A stretch of 64,000 bases of DNA from Octopus sinensis. Taxonomy: Eukaryota. Where the stretch lies: positions 2,976,001 through 3,040,000 of the forward strand of contig NC_043014.1 of NCBI RefSeq assembly GCF_006345805.1, in the 5' to 3' direction. Below the pieces are notes generated by a model that saw only the letters and a list, made by a program, of their open reading frames with translations, had not been told where the DNA came from and did no database searches. Below are positions 61,173 to 64,000 of the stretch, piece by piece (position 1 is the first letter of the stretch; the number at the start of each line of letters is the position of its first letter). Made by a program: the position numbers and the translations under genes.

Positions 61173-63142
61173 CGATGATGATGATGATGATAAAACAGTT
61201 TAATTACTCTAGGTTAGTCAACCAATCAAAATAATTAACCACAAAACAATAATAAAATTATATAAAAAATACATGTAAAAACCTATTTTAATTTTTGATT
61301 AAGGGTCAAAGAATTTGGGGTTCAAAGAATTTGGTAAAAGGAAATGAGAGAGAGAGAGAGATCTATATAAAAGGTGAGTTAAATCGAGGGGGGGGGTAAG
61401 AGGAGGCGGAGCACACAGTTAATGATGAAGGGGGTCGGGTGCAGAGCGTGGGTAAGGGTGTGTGAAAAGGGATCAACAGAATTTTATAGAAAAATAAAAA
61501 AATATGTTTAATGAGAAAAGTTTTTTTTTTGTTTAAATTGGGGAACGGGGATAGGAATGTGGGGGGGGGGGGAATTTGAAGTAAATCCGATAAGAATTAA
61601 GGTAGAAGTAACTGGAATGTATATACTGAATGTATAATATGGTGTACACATGTAATATATATATATACACACATATAAATCACACACATGCACATTTTAT
61701 ATATATATATATACATACACATATATATATATATAAATATATATTTTGGATATTATATATATATATATAGCATACATATTATACATACATGTTTACAGAG
61801 AAAGAATTAAAGTCTGGTAGGCAGGTAGGAGGGGTGGGGTGGGGGTGAAGATAGAGATAGAAAGAGATAGAGCTGCTGTATCACTATAGCAACAGAACAG
61901 CTAGCTGCCAACCTTCAAAGCATGACCATTGCCCAGAGATGTGGTGGTGGTGGTGAGTTTATAAGACTGGGGGGAGGGGCAGGGTGGGGTGATCGATATA
62001 CATGCATGTGTATGTATACAGCGGTTTGGGTGTGGGGAAGTATGCAGTCAAAATTTTACATCAAGGCAGTGAAAAGAGAGAGAGAAAGAGAGAGAATGCT
62101 TCATTGATAAATCTTGAGTGGGTGGGTGGGTGGGCGGGTGGGTACTGTTGTATGCACCATGTGATATAAACCATTATACAGCAGTGATATCCTTATGATG
62201 TTATCACACCGTGGCACTTTGCGCCATCAGATATCGTCAGAAACATGTGATATATGCCATCTGATACGATAACAGGGCTGCGGTACACCCCGACCGATAC
62301 CAACAGAGGGAGCACTGTGCATCTACCCACCGTTCTTACATGGGGGTATCATGCACCCTGGGACATCACTGCAGCCAGCAGCACAGCCGTACACCCACTT
62401 CTGATACCATTGCAAGGTGACAGCAGACACCCTTTGAAATCTTTACAAACTGCAGCAATACCATAATATCCTACGATATCATTACTGAGTGGTGAAATAC
62501 ACCATGGAATACAAACACTGACACACACATGCAAGAGAACTGCTTGTATTATATACACAAGCCATGCCTGTATGCGCGTGTGTGAGTGTATATACATATA
62601 CTCTGTAATACTGTTCACTCAAACTGAAGTACAACACGCACTAAACTCCAAACTCAAGCTCTGGAATATAAGAGTCTGTCTGTGTGTATGCATGTATGGA
62701 GGCGATTCTGTATGTATCTTAGCCGGAGAGCTGGATAAACTTCACAAAGCTACTATAGCACATACACACAGCAAACTTGTCTAAAACTCAGCAATATATA
62801 CACACATATATATATATATGTGTGTGTGTGTGTGCTGGCTATGTAAGAGAAAGTTACTTTAAAAGAGCTTTAATATTTAAAAAAAATTTTTCCTCTAGGC
62901 ACTTTGCTTCAGCCTGGACAACAGAGAAGGAGAGTGGGGAGGGAGGGGAGGGCAAGGAGAGAAGGAGAGAAGACAAGAAGGAAGAGCAGGAATGAAGGAG
63001 AAAAATAAAGCGAAGAAAAATATCTATATCTATACATATACATGTGTATATATTATATATATATATATGCCTACAAGATGAAACGTGTATGTGTGTGTGT
63101 GTACATATATATATACATATATGTATGTGTCTGTATGTGTAC

Positions 63143-63183
<41 letters not shown>

Positions 63184-63394
63184 TACACACGCACACAGAC
63201 AGTAGCAGTAATTATAGTGTTCCCACGTTTTTCTGGAAAAAAAGACAAGAATAACGTAACAGAAATTAATAAAACCTCAAGGTAAATAACATTTATATAT
63301 ATGTGTATATATATATATATATATACACATATATATATATGTATATATATATACACACATATATATATATATGTATGTATACATATATACACAC

Positions 63395-63438
<44 letters not shown>

Positions 63439-64000
63439 GCACACACACACAACATATATATATATATACACACACACATATGTATATATAATATATATAT
63501 ACATATATAAACCTTAAGATGACATACCCATTGATGTATTTAACTAGTTACAGGGCCCAGTAAAGTGGGGAGGAGAGCAAGTGTGTGAGAGGAGGGGTGG
63601 TTTGACTACTATTTTCAGCGTTGAGCCTGCTTCAATGCATCTGTGTATATATATATATATATATACATCTGTTGCATTTGCATGCACATATATTCATTTA
63701 TACATGTGTATATGCATACATAGACAGACAGACAGACCACTGCATGGCTAAACCTAAGACAGGGGGTTGGGGAACACTCTGACCCCAAAAGAAATGTTTG
63801 ACCATTAGCACATCAGAAGTGGGAGCCGAGCCAAGACTAGGGCATATGTGTGTGTGTGTGTGTATGTGTGTTTAGTGAGGGGACATCTACATAGAAGTTA
63901 TGGCGGCGGTGGTATTGGTGGTGGTGGTGGTGGTGGTGGCAGTTAATGTTGAGAAAATATTTTTAAAGAGAAAATATTTTTTAAAAAACATGAAAAAAAA

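Overview
Eukaryotic genomic DNA, AT-rich and dominated by microsatellites and SINEs. The repeat families are those I associate with octopus genomes, so the source is very probably Octopus (inference, not verified). Two host genes are supported, arranged head-to-head. (1) On the minus strand, ten phase-consistent GT-AG coding exons (15833 down to 544, 1061 nt, about 353 aa) give the N-terminal part of an augmin subunit HAUS5-like protein that runs off the left edge. (2) On the plus strand, a C2H2 zinc-finger gene: a short first coding exon (23041-23128) splices in frame across a 10.2 kb intron to one 2978-nt exon (33295-36272), giving 1021 aa with 25 canonical fingers plus one C2HC finger. No confident host gene was found right of 36.3 kb. 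The rest is transposon-derived: at least three SINE families, RTE, CR1-like, R4/Dong-like and Gypsy fragments, a mariner relic, and hAT, Mutator-like, piggyBac-like and mariner MITEs with verifiable TSDs. The most unusual signal is a set of small non-coding, microsatellite-flanked elements carrying minimal type I hammerhead-ribozyme folds. Two are palindromes holding inverted ribozyme pairs (37.8 kb, 57.0 kb), one is a tRNA-headed SINE-like element (59.2 kb), and one is a variant-core copy (9.2 kb). Several related long palindromes lack a recognisable ribozyme core. Repeat boundaries are approximate; exon boundaries were read base by base. No databases were searched.
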